A stretch of 64,000 nt of DNA from contig OX597828.1 of assembly GCA_951406725.2 (NCBI GenBank), forward strand, positions 31,372,001 to 31,436,000. The letters run 5' to 3'. A program made the translations under genes and the position numbers. The DNA comes from Octopus vulgaris (lineage: Eukaryota). Position 1 is the stretch's first letter. Each line of letters starts with the position of its first letter. This document shows, piece after piece, positions 13,506 through 27,400 of the stretch. The notes under the pieces are model-generated. The model was not told the DNA's origin and ran no database searches. It saw only the letters and a program-made list of their open reading frames with translations.

Positions 13506-15799
13506 TATACATACATACACACACACACATACATATGATATACATATATATGATATAATACAATATAATATAATATGATATAATATAATAAACACATACT
13601 GTAATGAGCTACTTATATTTTTATGCGAGAGAAACAACTCAGACAGCAGTTATAACACGCCTGGTGCCTTCACAAAAATCCACAGACACGGCCCACTTGG
13701 TATAGCAAGTTAAAACAGGGCTGTAGATTCAGAGAAAACAGTAGAAAACGTGAGAATAATGTAGTTGTTAAAGGCGAATGTTTGAAAACACCTGTAAACG
13801 TAAATGAATAAAAGAGAAAAGAAAAAGGAAAGCAATTAGAATTATGTTCACTTTGGCTATAAAGTCATAAGGCTGAATTGCATCGGGTCAAGAATCATCT
13901 GTATAACTGTTCAATTTGGAGAAGGTTTTATTTTACAATTTTCCAAATGGATAAATCCTGGTTGGTTAATTTGAAAATACCAACCTGTCTAAATTGAGCA
14001 GTGGTACATTAGACTGTAGGCGTCTATCCGTTTAGCTGTATTAACGTTACTGTCAAAAAGGACATGACTCCAATCTATTCCCTTCTCCCTTCTTTATATT
14101 TTTCGTTTCCCGGTGTTTTCCACCTTCCAACTTTTACATCTACTTTCTTTTCACTTCTTCCCGTAATTTTCCCTACTCTATAGTCCTGTTTTAGCTTCCC
14201 AGTCCACGTGGACAGAGCCTGAGTATTGCATGAAGGCACCAGACATGTTATAAAATGACAACTCAGTTTTTTTCATCACATGAAAGTTATAGCAGCTAAT
14301 AGTAATGATAATACAATGGGGTTAGCAAATAATATTTATCTGCCACTAGATGGAAGACTTTTTGTTGTTCCTACCTTCACGGAGCAATACACTACACAAA
14401 TATATAACAGACAACGGAAGTCGCCAGTTTGCCTGTTTCCTTTATTGTATGGATATGCATTTGATTTGATTTGATTTGTGACGTATTTGGCAAAAGTTAT
14501 AAAACCCTTTAGAGATATTCATGGTTCAAGATTTAACGAAAAATTGGTACATGAGCAAAAAAATATCGATCGAGATAAGGTGGGTGCCTGACTTCATAAA
14601 TACAGTAGCCTTATATCCATATTTGTAACCCACTGTCGCATGAACATGACAGCCTGCGAAATTTGGCCAAAAATAATAATTGCGTTTTAAAATTTTTGTT
14701 GTATCTTTTCAAATACAATTTTAGAGAATAGGCGTTCAGGACATGAGGATTAACTGAAACTAAACAAGGAAGTCCATTGTGCTAAATATTTTAAAAATGT
14801 AAAATAATATATTACTATTTAACAGCTGTATTTGTATATAATATTTTCTTTTAAGATAAGGACGCTAATATTTGAATTAGTGTATTTATCTTAAAAAATT
14901 TGAAATTATGTATTAGAAAATTAATAGGTGAAATTTTTTTAAATGTAACATGGCAAAACGTAATAATACAAAATTCTAAAACCGGATGTGTGTGCGTATA
15001 TTTCTGTCTGTTTTTATGTAAGTGTAAATATGGAGAACTGTACGTTGAGATCTTATTTTAATTGAAAATTGCTGGCATGTTCGCCCCAGACATACTTTTA
15101 TTTAATCACAACTTAAATGCATTGTTTCTGAAACAACGAGAAATCTGATTGTGTTGATAAACAATGACAAAATAATTTGGCTTTTAATTAAATTAAACCT
15201 CTTAGAATTTTATATAAATCCCAGAGCTTAGGCTAAATTAATCTCTCGTTGGTATGTCTCCAAAATTTCACCGATCACTTAAGTTGCAAGATTCCGTTCA
15301 AATATTGAAATAATCAATGGATTGCAAGAAATATTTTTCTATTGTGTGTTTAGTGATTACCAATGTAAGCATTTCACTTTTCATCTGAATTACATGCTTG
15401 GGAAGGATTTAATTTCTATCTCTACATTTTCCTATTGTGTACCATTCTCTATTTGTATCCATATCTCTTTTTTGCTGTCTACGTTTACATTCTCTTTTAT
15501 TTAGTGAACAATGCACAAGAAATTCACTTGTGAATATTAAGGCATTCTCTTTGTGTGTTGTTTAAAAAAATTCAAGTCCGTTTTTCTTCGTTTTTTTTTC
15601 TTTTTGTTTAAACGGTGGCTCGTTTTAATTTATTACAAGACAAACTTTTTTTCATTAAATGTTTACTTCGTAAATGGAGTCCATTCTATGCAGTCATTAT
15701 TATACCAACGCTTATTTTATCAGCCGCAGTGGAAAGATAAATAATTAAAGTGAATTCACTTGGAATTTTGCCGACTAAACAACTTCTGACCTTCTTCTT

Positions 15800-16004
15800 T
15801 TTCTTCAGTCAGAAGGCTTGAAATTTTATGTGGAGAAGTCGATTACGTCAGCATCAGTGCTGAGCTGGTACTTATTTTATCGACCCAAAAAGAATGAAAA
15901 GCAAAGTCTACCGCGGCAGAAATGGAACTCAAAATGTAGTGTTGAACGAGAAGTCACTCAATATTTTCTCCGGCGTGTTAAAGATTCTGCCAGTTTGACG
16001 CCTT
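15800..16004 (-). mobile_element. SINE family B (diverged)
   Basis: tggtacttattttatcgaccc.aaagaatgaaa.gcaaagtc is the reverse complement of the family B core. Confidence 0.8.
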
Positions 16005-16039
16005 CAGAATAACAAAACAACTACAACGACAATAATAGT

Positions 16040-16241
16040 AACCCTTGTACTTTAGGCACAAGGCATGAAATAGTTGGGGAGGGGACAAGTCGAATACATC
16101 GACTCAGTGTTTTACTCGTACTTGATTAATCGATCCCAAAAGGATTAAAGGCAAATTCGGCGGAATTTGAACTCAGAACGAGGCGACGGGAGAAATACCG
16201 CTAAGTATTTCGTCCATAAATACTACCAGCTCGCCGTCTTA
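16040..16241 (-). mobile_element. SINE family B
   Basis: ggcggaatttgaactcagaacg...gaaataccgctaagtatttcgtcc...ccagctcgcc. Confidence 0.85.
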
Positions 16242-16246
16242 ATGGC

Positions 16247-16303
<57 letters not shown>

Positions 16304-16304
<1 letters not shown>

Positions 16305-17295
16305 GAGCCAGTCTAACAACATCAACATCAAACGAGGCATCTTTCAAGGTGACTCCTTCTCCCCATTAGTCTTCTGCAAGACACTGATCCCACTTTCAAA
16401 CGAACTGAGTAACACCAGGCATAGGTTCCAAATGTATAATATTATAGTAAATCATCTGTTTTATATGGACGATCTGAAACTGTTTTCTAGAAATGCCGAA
16501 GAGCTAGTAGGGCTGTTAACAACTGTTAAAGAGTTCAGCAATGACATCGGGATAGATTTGGGCCTTGATAATTCTGCTAAAGCAGCTTTTATAAGACGAA
16601 GGCTCAAGCATACAGCTTCCTATAAATTAGATGCCGACACTACCATCAATGAGCCAACTGGAAGCTATAAATACCTGGTGATAAACGATGGAAATGGTAT
16701 ATCGCATGCTACTATGAGGGAAATAATTTGAAAGGACTGTCATAGAAAAAACGACACATACTAAAGACGGAACTCAACTCCAATTATCGCATCGAACTCA
16801 TTAACACCCACAGTTTTAACATCACTAACTGACAATTATTAACATCTAAGAACATGCACCAACGAAAAGGAGACGCTGATCGAGTGTACTTAACTAGAAA
16901 TAATGGGGAAGGGGAATAATCCAGGTAGAATTGTGCTACAGGACTTCTACTATAAGAATGGACAAATACTTATTAAGTATAGAGGACTGGATGCTGAGTC
17001 TTTTGTGCAAGCCCGACAGCTGCAAAAAGTCCCATCCTATTATCATGGAAGCTTGGAAATTTTCAAGGGAACTTGGCATTAGCCCTGAATCTGATGAAGA
17101 TCCTGCAACCAAGTGCACGAAAAGAACCAAAACGCATCAAGGAGACTGCAAAAAAGAACGGGTGGAAACAAACTGAATAGCGGTGGAGCCAGAGGCCTGT
17201 GCTTGGACAGTATATATGTCGAAGTTTAAATGTTGATGTAAGCGAAGAAACAACCCATCAGTGGCTGAGAAGTTCAGCACTGCAGGGCTGCACAG
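16304..17295 (+). mobile_element. R4/Dong-clade non-LTR retrotransposon RT fragment next to (TAA)n
   Basis: INIKRGIFQGDSFSPLVFC...NHLFYMDDLKLFS...YKYL motifs, with frameshifts and stops downstream; directly preceded by (TAA)n at 16248-16303. Confidence 0.85.
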
Positions 17296-17599
17296 GATAC
17301 TTTTTATTTTGCTGTTTCGAGGATCACTCAATTTTCCAATTTCTTTATCAATGGATTTATAATGTACATTTATCATATATATTTTGAATGCATTGTCATA
17401 TATTCAATTTTACGTTTCGTTCAGACAAGCTAAGTTTCTTTTTAATTTCCTGAAATCTCGAAACAATACTTGTATATAGGGTACTCAGCGCAGGCGAACT
17501 TACGGCGATGGATTCACTAGTCATTTTGTTTGAACATTTTGTTTGGCATTAGTGGTGGTGGTAGTCTCGAAGCGTAAGTTCTACAGGGTTGAATCATAC

Positions 17600-18700
17600 T
17601 GGATTTAAACTTTTTTGTGTTTCTCTCTCAGGTAGATATCTTGATGGTAATCAGTTGATAGCCCCATCTCTCTCTCTAGACAAACTTTCAGGAGAGAATG
17701 AAAGAGCACGAAACGATAACAAGATCTATTAAACGAACTGTTATCAAAGTGTGCCTATACTACGTATAATCCTGGATATGCCCGCGTTAGAAGAATGTGT
17801 TCTTAAAGGAATTATCTCATTTATACAGACGTATACGAAGACCTCTCCATTAACTTCAAGGACTTATTCCTTTCCACGAACGATGATTAAGGACAACATG
17901 TGCATGCACATTTTTTCGTTGGATAAATGGCTCAATCTTAATTAAATCTAAAGCTGCAGTGATTTCGCTACTTGAAATTTATATTTTGAACAGTCAATGC
18001 GGTGTTTCCTTCAGCCTAAGTTTCATGAGATAAACCCTTCCACCTAGTGAGATCTGACAATCGGGGGTTTATGGTTATCTCCAATACCGCCTGTGCAGAT
18101 ATAACTAGCATGGCACATACACATTCGCTGATTTCTCCCTATTTTCGTACTTTCTATGACCTGGATCGACTTGGGCAACCATTTTGAAACATGATCTCCA
18201 GCATGACGTGAGTGCTGCAAGTTAGGAATGAAAGTTAATGCTGAGTGGAAATTCACCTAAATAAGTGAAGATTCAGGAAATCTGAACAATATTTAATACT
18301 AGTTGGAAGCAAGTGGTTGAATTGGATGCTAGAAGAATGCATCGTCTTCCTTATTCATTTCTCAGAAGAGGAGAGAAATCTCAAATTCACTCTTTTCAAT
18401 TAGGTTTCCGTGTAGAACCTCATCTTTGGTCATAGATCTTGCGTAATGACAGAAAAATTACTGTCCTCAATTCAAGCGGCAAAAAAATTTTAAATCTAGA
18501 AAAACGCCAGTAACTTGGAGATCATGTAATTACTCAAGTTCAAGTCGCTACTTCTTCACATTGAAATGCCACTTTTCCGATAGACAGGATAATTGTTTGA
18601 AATGTGGTTGTAAGAAATAGCAAGACGAATTCTTCAAGCCGAGCCACCCTGCAGCAGATATTGGGTTGAATAAAGACGAGGTTGTTGTATAATACCTATG
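17600..18700 (+). mobile_element. Possible DIRS-type retroelement remnant (methyltransferase-like and tyrosine recombinase-like parts)
   Basis: LDMPA...IISF...TYSFP..MI resembles the DIRS DLFA...F.S...YAFPP..LI motif; downstream QY...KWLNW...IVFLIH, PVTW and ARRI resemble YR motifs in the expected order. Heavily decayed and read by eye. Confidence 0.35.
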
Positions 18701-19982
18701 ATCTCAACTGGTAATACTTGAGAATCTAACATGTTGCTTCTCTTAGATTGTTATGGAGGAGCGACTTGAGGACTATATGTCTCACGGCCTCACAGGGATA
18801 TCGAGTGAAAGAGATAGGTGGATTATAACGGGAAACCTCCTTGATGGTATTATTTCAGGCGGCGTAAATATTATAGAACCCATTTTATTGCTACTTGACA
18901 AAGCAAATCTTAATCGTATAACCAAATGTCTTGCATAGAAGATTACGTAACTGGAATTATAATTTATTAATCCTGAAAATACACAACATATTGTCTTGAT
19001 CGGCATCTTCACTCAGAAAGTAGCGTGACACTATAAAATGCCACAAAGCATTTATTCGGACGCTTTTACGATGCTAAGTTGGTAGTTAAGATTCTACCAG
19101 ATGTATATATAACAATAAAACGTCTTTTCTTGCTATTATTAAGGACGACGTTTTGCATGGGTAAATATCAAGTTAATAAATGCTTGCATTTACCATGACA
19201 TGGAACTATCATGTGCCTTAATTGATGGAATATAAATATGTATGCCACGGCAGAAGAAGGCAACCACTCGAATATGAACTGAGCTGTCGATTTGACGAAA
19301 ATCCCTAATTGCAATGAGTTTAATTGAGGAAACAAAATGGCTTACTTGTTAATGTATAAACGTACCGACAACCATAAGGGTGTGGGTAATTTAGAGGGTA
19401 GTTCAATGTGTTTTATTGATGTTTATCAAAATGCACTCGCTGCTCCTAATTCTTCAGTAGCACCTAAATAAGGATAGTAATAATTACAACTTTTTGGTTG
19501 CTACGGAGCGGAATATTTGCTAAATTTAATTATGTTATACGTTATTATAAACATTCTGTATTGAATAGAAAAAATAATCTGGCATCTAATATGATTTTAT
19601 GTACGTAATTTTATAGTTTGGAGTGTAAAAGCATTACTAATTGTGAAGAAGCTGCTTGACACTAATCCCTCCATATCAGATATTATAATGTTACCTGCTC
19701 CAAAAGACTAAGTCTTGCTTATGGCTATCAAATCAAGTTATTCCAATAATTACCTTACGCGAGTGATACCCTACCTCAGGTAATATGTATCTTTTTCATA
19801 TTGAGAAGTATACCAGTGAATCAAATTACGATTAACATCTCATATTTTAATCACTTGTCAAGCATAAAGCTATCAATAGAAAAAGTGTCAACGAGAAAAT
19901 TATGTTTCCGGCGTGAGGAGATGGCTAGAAATTAAAAAAAAAACAACAGTTTTTGCCATACCTTATTTTCAAATTCCATGCA

Positions 19983-20066
<84 letters not shown>

Positions 20067-20176
20067 ATATAACAGTTAAATAATGAGGGGAGAAATTAAT
20101 ATTAGTAATTAATATTAATTTAAACCAGTGGCTAGGTGGCTAGAATACTTAAGAAATGTCCAAAGACTATGAATTA

Positions 20177-20470
20177 TACTATAGCCTCGCGCTAACCAAA
20201 GCCTTGTGAGTGGATTTGGTAGACGGAAACTGAAAGAAGCCCGTCGAATATATGTATATATATATATATATATATGGGTGTCTTTGTGTGTCTGTGATTG
20301 TCACCCCAATATCGTCTGGCAACCGATGCTGGTGTGTTTACGTCACCCCGTAACTTAGCCGTTCGGCAAAAATGGCCGATAGAATAAGTACTAGGCTTAC
20401 AAACAATAAGTCCTGGAGTCGATTTGCTCGACTAAAGGTGGTGCTCCAGCATGGCCACAGTCAAATGACT
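20177..20470 (+). mobile_element. SINE family A, 5'-truncated, with internal (TA)n
   Basis: ccaaagccttgtgagtggatttggtagacggaaactgaaagaagcccgtcg ... ggtgctccagcatggcc.cagtcaaatgact. Confidence 0.9.
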
Positions 20471-20489
20471 ATATATATATATATATATA

Positions 20490-20950
20490 TATTGTTATCT
20501 TTCGGAATGGTCATTTTGCCAGTTTAGCCAATAAAATCACACGCACTATATATTTGGTGTTACTTTGATTCAGTGTTATTTATTTTTTACATTAATCTTA
20601 ATCTTATTTCGGCCAGAGTTCTTTCGTCACATAGACGCACATAGAGGTATAAGCATGCGCAAATGAAGACATACAATTGAAATACAAAATGGCTTACGGT
20701 TAGTAAGGAGAGACACAAATAAGAAAGAAGAAAACAAAGGACCACTGATGCGGTCACAGGATGTGACGAAAGAACTCTGGCCGAAATAAGATTAAGATTA
20801 CTGTAAAAATAAATAACACTGAAGCAAAGTAACACCAAATATATAGTGCGTGGGATTCTATTGGCTAAACTGGCAGAATGACCATTCCGAAATATAACAA
20901 TATCTGTTTCAACACACGACTTCACATAAAAAATCTTGCACAACAAATAT
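20490..20950. mobile_element. Short element with ~140-bp inverted arms between (TA)n tracts (pLTR/MITE-like)
   Basis: 20490-20632 is the reverse complement of ~20761-20903 with few mismatches; flanked by (TA)n on both sides. Confidence 0.85.
20739..20782 (+). ncRNA. Minimal type I hammerhead-like motif (A9C variant)
   Basis: GG-A-CCA CTGATGC G GTCACA gga TGTGAC GAAA G aa C TC TGGCC: stem I, core, 6-bp stem II, GAAA, minimal stem III, CUC site. Confidence 0.6.
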
Positions 20951-20956
20951 ATAAAA

Positions 20957-21035
<79 letters not shown>

Positions 21036-21038
<3 letters not shown>

Positions 21039-21212
21039 TTTACGAAAAGAACAAAAGACAAAGACAGGTGGTGTACAAAACAAACAGATGTATTAGTATA
21101 ACGCTCAGGAATAGAAAAAGTCTTTTGCCTTTCGAGCCTACGCTCTTCTACATAAAAGGACACATAAAACAACGAGAGAAACAAGGCGAGAAAAAAGGAG
21201 AGAAAAAAGGAG
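21036..21212 (-). mobile_element. Short (TA)n/(GA)n-associated element, same family as 48738-48950, with decayed hammerhead at 21121-21158
   Basis: Shared aacaaaagac.aag.caggtgg.gtacaa..aaaca.atgtattagtata.cgctcaggaataga...tttcgagcctacgctc. Confidence 0.8.
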
Positions 21213-21286
21213 AGCTATTCACTCTATTTAATTGATCTCTACCAAATTTTGCAAATATGTTCTCTTAAAGTAATTTGTGTATGTGG

Positions 21287-21345
<59 letters not shown>

Positions 21346-21422
21346 CTCCCACATACACTAATGGCTTTAAGAGAACATATTTGCAAAATTTGGTAGAGAT
21401 CAATTCAATAGAGTGAATAGCT
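21213..21422. repeat. Inverted repeat (~78-bp arms) centred on (TA)n
   Basis: agctattcactctatt.aattgatctctaccaaattttgcaaatatgttctcttaaag... at 21213-21290, reverse complement at 21343-21422. Confidence 0.9.
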
Positions 21423-22219
21423 TTACAATGTGTCATATGAAGAGGAAATGACGCTTAATGTATTGCTGGTTTAGTTAATGGTGTTTGTAACTTTTGCTAA
21501 ATTATTTAAACATGGCAACGATGCTATTTGTACGTATTGTACAATTTGCGTTCACTGTGAATATTCAATGATCCGATTCTTTTTAATAATTAGTGATTTT
21601 CAATATTCCATAACTCCGAGCTACCATATTTATTGCAATTGTTTTGAAGAATCGAATAAATATATTTATAAAGTAAACTGGAGTGAATTATCGAAATTTT
21701 CGTTTTTAAAAACGTAATTTTTATACCAAGGGAATTGAGAGCGCAACGCGTACGCTTTTATTATTTGATTCAATATGTGATGATATTGCCCATTTACTGT
21801 TCGCAAAAATATAATAGGGAAGTAGATTAAAATTTCACGAAGAGGAATAATACCTAATTTATAAATCACTAATCAACAATAAAAAAAAAATGGTAACAAT
21901 TTATTTCTAGCATAATGTATTTAAATGTTGGAATCCATTTATTCATTCGGAATATTTCATGAAGTGTTTTATAAATCCTACAAATCAATGAATAAATAAA
22001 ATGCGATTCCTTTCTGCAATAATTAAATGGAAACTATACGTTGATGCTACCATGATATTGAATTTCAAAGGAGATGGAATCTGAAAATTACATATCTCTC
22101 CAATTTTATTCAGTTACTTATTTACTTATTTTCCTTCCTCACATGTATGAATTAGTTTCATTTATTCCAATACATCTGGTTATCTGCATTCTTTGGTACA
22201 AAATGCTTGCGTTATGCCA

Positions 22220-22377
22220 CAACGACTATTGCTATTCATACTGATGTCGCTTCGACAACTGCTACACCACCACCACCACCACCACCAACAACAACGACAA
22301 CAACAACAACTGAAACAACAACAAAAACACGACTACTACCAATATTACAGTTAATACTACTACTACTACAACTACTA

Positions 22378-22409
<32 letters not shown>

Positions 22410-22526
22410 ACTACTACTACTACCACCACTACTACTTCTAGTACCACCACCACCACCATTACTATTACAACTACTACCACTACTACTACTAATACCACCA
22501 CCACTGCCACCACCACCACCACCACC

Positions 22527-22566
<40 letters not shown>

Positions 22567-22578
22567 ATAATAATAATA

Positions 22579-22619
<41 letters not shown>

Positions 22620-22625
22620 TACTAT
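22220..22625. repeat. Compound triplet microsatellite (CAC/ACA/CTA/CTG/ATT)
   Basis: Directly visible. Confidence 0.95.
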
Positions 22626-22851
22626 AGTGACAATATTCACAATCACGGCAACCATGATTGTAACGATGCTGATGCTGATGACAGAAGGTGATGGTGGAGG
22701 GGGATGCTCATGATAATATTAATACTACTGATCACGTTGTGTGTAACGATAAAAGTAATATATTGTACACTGTGTCTGCTTAAATGTAAGAGTACATTTA
22801 ACCCGCCTGGTGTTCTTTATATTTCGATTTTATCACAATAGGATGCTTAGA

Positions 22852-23057
<206 letters not shown>

Positions 23058-23741
23058 TATTGTTGTACTTTCAGTAACGTTTGATTCTTGAGGTAGTATT
23101 CATGTATGTAAATATTTCAATGGAAATAATTATAGTAACCTTTGTTTAGCAAAACTCTTCTATGTTTACTCAGTGAACAAGCAAGAGCATTTCATAACAT
23201 ATTTATGTTATTTACATGCTAAATACTCTCTCCATCTGGAAAAAATTACTTCCGTTTGAATCTCTTATGAAATGCCCTTTCACAAAGCTACCTTCACAGA
23301 TTTACAAATATTATCATCATCATCATCATCATCATCATCAACAGCAGCAGCAGCAGCGTCGGTTTCTCCTGCGTGAATATCATATGAAACTGACATCCCG
23401 TCATAATAATCGTACGTTATAACTATATGTATTTGTATATGTTCTCCAAGCACATTCAAACTCTAGTTTTGGCAGACGGACTAAAGTTAGAAAGCATATC
23501 ATCCATGATCATCTCTTTTTCTAGAGATATGTATAACGCCAAATGGTTGTATGGAATGTTGCTGAACACGTGAACGCTATTTTCAATAAGCCAAATTCTT
23601 CATGCTCAAAAACTTGCATCACCACATAACTAAATTTCTCTAAAACACTAAAATATTTCGTAAAAATTGCGATAAAATCTGAAAATTACATATGCTCTTG
23701 TAGACTTAAATTCTAATTTATTTTATCTCGTGAATTTCATG

Positions 23742-24100
23742 AAGAAGCTTAACTACAGAAGACGTGATTCATGCCGAATGTTCTTCTAACATAAACATTA
23801 CAGGCATTATAATGACATCCTACTGCGTTTTACGTTGTTAGTGCTGACCTCTATATCAACTTGATACAATCATCCACATGCTAAAATGTCTATCAGACGT
23901 AAAAATCTAGTTTTTTTAAAATATTGATTCACGGTATCTAGGATCCCAAATCCTAATGAGTCTATATTTAAAGAATATGGTGTCATTTGGCTGTATTCAA
24001 GATGCTATATCTACCAGCTTAAGAGAACATGAACCAACTTACAGACTATTTCAAATTACAACAGCAAAACCAACAAAACACAAAAAACACTACTCCTACC
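23742..24100 (+). repeat. ~350-bp direct repeat, copy 1 (copy 2 at 28721-29065)
   Basis: aagaagcttaactac.gaag.cgtgattcatgc...ggatcccaaatcctaatgagtcta...agactatttcaaattac...ctactcctacc in both copies. Confidence 0.95.
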
Positions 24101-24103
24101 AAG

Positions 24104-24104
24104 T

Positions 24105-24185
<81 letters not shown>

Positions 24186-24237
24186 TACTACTACAACTAC
24201 TACTACTACGACTACTGCTACTAATGATAATAATGAT

Positions 24238-24276
<39 letters not shown>

Positions 24277-24337
24277 GATAATGATAATAACAACTACAAC
24301 AATATTATTATAATCATCATCATCATCATCATCATCA

Positions 24338-24430
<93 letters not shown>

Positions 24431-24435
24431 TTATT
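24104..24435. repeat. Compound triplet microsatellite (CTA/TAA/CAT/ATT/AGT)
   Basis: Directly visible. Confidence 0.95.
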
Positions 24436-27400
24436 GGACTCTGCTCATGGATTTCAAAGAGGAAGGGCATGTGCTCGTGAGTTAATGTTCAATTTTTACA
24501 GACAATATTGTTGTATCTAAAAACTTTTACAACGGTTCTGACTCTAGGCCGACTGGGCTCTTGCTTAGCCGAGCGGTTAGTCGGAACTTTTACCCTTTTG
24601 GGGGGTATTTTCAATTTAAACTCTCAATGTTTTCATCCAAGCCCTCTCACCACTACCACTAACACTGACACCTTTAACACACACAAGAACAAAAACAACC
24701 CAATGCATTAAACAGTCGAGGTTTTGCTTCAATTGGAAAACTTAGCGTTGAATTCATTAATGTTTCAGTAGAATCTCCCAAACACCACGGAAACATATTA
24801 AAATGAGGGAAAGATGTGTTTCGATAAACACACCTCCAGATATTATAGGCAAGACAAACAAACGTACCGTAGTGTACAAAACTATATCTTTAAAAAGTAG
24901 ACGTTTAGAAACCGCCATAAAAAAAACTTGTCCGAATTCCAACATACCTGGGACAGAGGGACACCAGGATAAAAATACTGGCGCTACCGCCAGAAATGAA
25001 CGTTGCTGGATTGTCCCATTCGCCCTCCTCGACTTGGAAGATAAAATCAGAATCATCCAAGTCGAGAAACAAGGAAAAGGCAACTGGACTGGTCAGGAAT
25101 TACACATAATAATCAAAATAAACCAAGACATTTGGGAGCAAATTCCTGACCAACTCAGCCTTCCAGATGGCTGTATGCTGAACGTCACAGTTGAGGGAAG
25201 GAGACTAAGAAGATATCAATGCGGACAGAATAACCACTTGAAAGCCTTCTGCCCACAACTAAAACAGAAGGTGGGCACCACCTACACCACAACAACTGAA
25301 GCAACCTCAACAATAAAAGCAATCCCAATAAGAGAAGAAAACCCAAGAAAAGAATGCAGAGTGGGCTGCAGCAAAAACACCACCACCACTAACAACAACA
25401 ACTACACGAAAAACAACAACAGAGGTACTGACCACAACCCTCACCACAGCGCATACAAAAACCCAAACAACATAGCTTTTGCCAGAGGAACAAAAAACAT
25501 CAGCAAATTGCGACCCACTGGAACTACCCCTTTCTGAATCTGACCACCCCACATATCGCGCGGAGACTAAGAAAAGGACACAACAGTGCAGCAACAAATA
25601 AATAAGCTGTAACTCTAAAAAAGCAATGAAAATCACCCGAAAACAAGAACAAGAACACACCAAAACCCACGCTTCCAATACCTTCACCAACACCACAGAA
25701 ACAACCAACAGTACAAGGTACAACAGAGTCAACGAAAAAAGTAGACTAAAACAACAAAAACACCACAAAACTCACTGCTATAAACACAGACATCACAAAC
25801 TTACTATTATACATGACGAAAAATACAGACATGAATATGACAGACTTTGCTATCTCCACGGGTACAGATACTTTGAACATCACATCATACAACAACACAA
25901 AATCCAAATTTCCATAGGCGGTTGGAGGCCTCAACACAAAGTGTACTGGAGCCTCTATAAATCCTTGGTAATGGAGACGACCACACTCCACTTAAGGAAC
26001 GGGACATCTGCCCTGCTCCCATCCTAGAGTAAGTAGTCCTCTGGTTTTTCTCCTTACCAGCTCAAAATTGGTTGCATTAATATACGTGGACTGGGGTCCC
26101 CTTTGAAACAAGGTCACCTACTCAACAACCTCAGGTGACGAGGAATAGATGTAATAGCCATTACTGAATGCACACTAACCGAACCGCGAGCTTTCTTCCC
26201 CATTTTAGATAACTACGAGATCTACAAATTTCCATGTCGGGGGCATATCGGTGGTGGAGGTACTGCAGTATTGTTTTGGAAAGGACTGGTTCTCAAAATA
26301 AGGTCAGCCCTCTTGGACCTAGAAGATAAGACATAGAAAGTCATGGATACGAATAGTATGAAGGTGGGGCCTTCAGACCGATGTCTGTTTACGCATCGAC
26401 AGGTGCAGGACAGCCGGAATACTTCAGCTGTATGGGAGTGGGAGATTTCAACGCTATTTTAGATGCACAATTGGATTATATCGGGGCTAACCGATAGGAA
26501 TGATGGTTGCAAAAGCCTCGCAAACCTGCTCAGACACGTTCAACTCTCTGACAGATACCAACTGGATTTCCCGAATGTGCCAATGTGGACATGGGCAAAC
26601 CGCATCGGAACATCCAGGACGTATCTAGATAGAATATTTTGCAGGTCTTTAGATTGGGTTAGTATTACTAGTCCACAATTTCAAATCGTCGGCGACATAA
26701 ATAAAAAATTGGTGACATGTGAGGTCGACTTAGATAGCAGACGAAGACAGGACCCCGACAACTGGCAGCTAAACATGTCACACCTGGCGTGACAAGATTA
26801 CAGAGACCAGAATAAAGAGTTAGTTCAGAAAGCTTTGACGAGGGTAATTGTCAACGATAAATGATGATATTATCTAAAAAGGGTCATCAAAGTAGAATTT
26901 GTAGATTTAGCAAAGTTATAACGGTAGAAAGATACATATTAGAGGGAGATTTACTGAGTAAATTAGAAGAGGCACTTAGGAAAGCAACTGACGTGCTGAC
27001 AGCGAGGTCAGCCCTCGATGAACACTTCACACTAAGAACGAAATTTGCATGACAGAGCTAAGGCACGTTCTCTGAGATATGAGGGAACAAATGCTGCCCG
27101 AGAGGCCCGAGCGGCTGAGGCACAGAATGGCTACAAAAACACCATTCGGTCTTTGGTGGACTAAAATAAGCGCAGGGTGAGCGACCTGGAGCAGATGTGT
27201 GCGGCTTTTTAGCAGCATTTTGCCGAATTATTCCCTGGGCCACATCGGAGGATGCATTTTACTGCCCACCTCGATGGCCTTCCACGACTCTCAGCAAGAT
27301 ATGTGGAGTGTTACAAAAGGCCGATAACAATTCAGGAAATACGGGACGAGATAATGGGCTGCAAAGGCTTTATTCTATTATGCCAAAGTAATTTGCAGGC

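Noticed and set aside
22207-22713. Long ORFs with poly-T/P/L/I/S/V (also 23956-24480, 28350-28844) and the many [12 protein letters not shown] ORFs
   Set aside because: They are translations of triplet or dinucleotide microsatellites, which lack stop codons in most frames.
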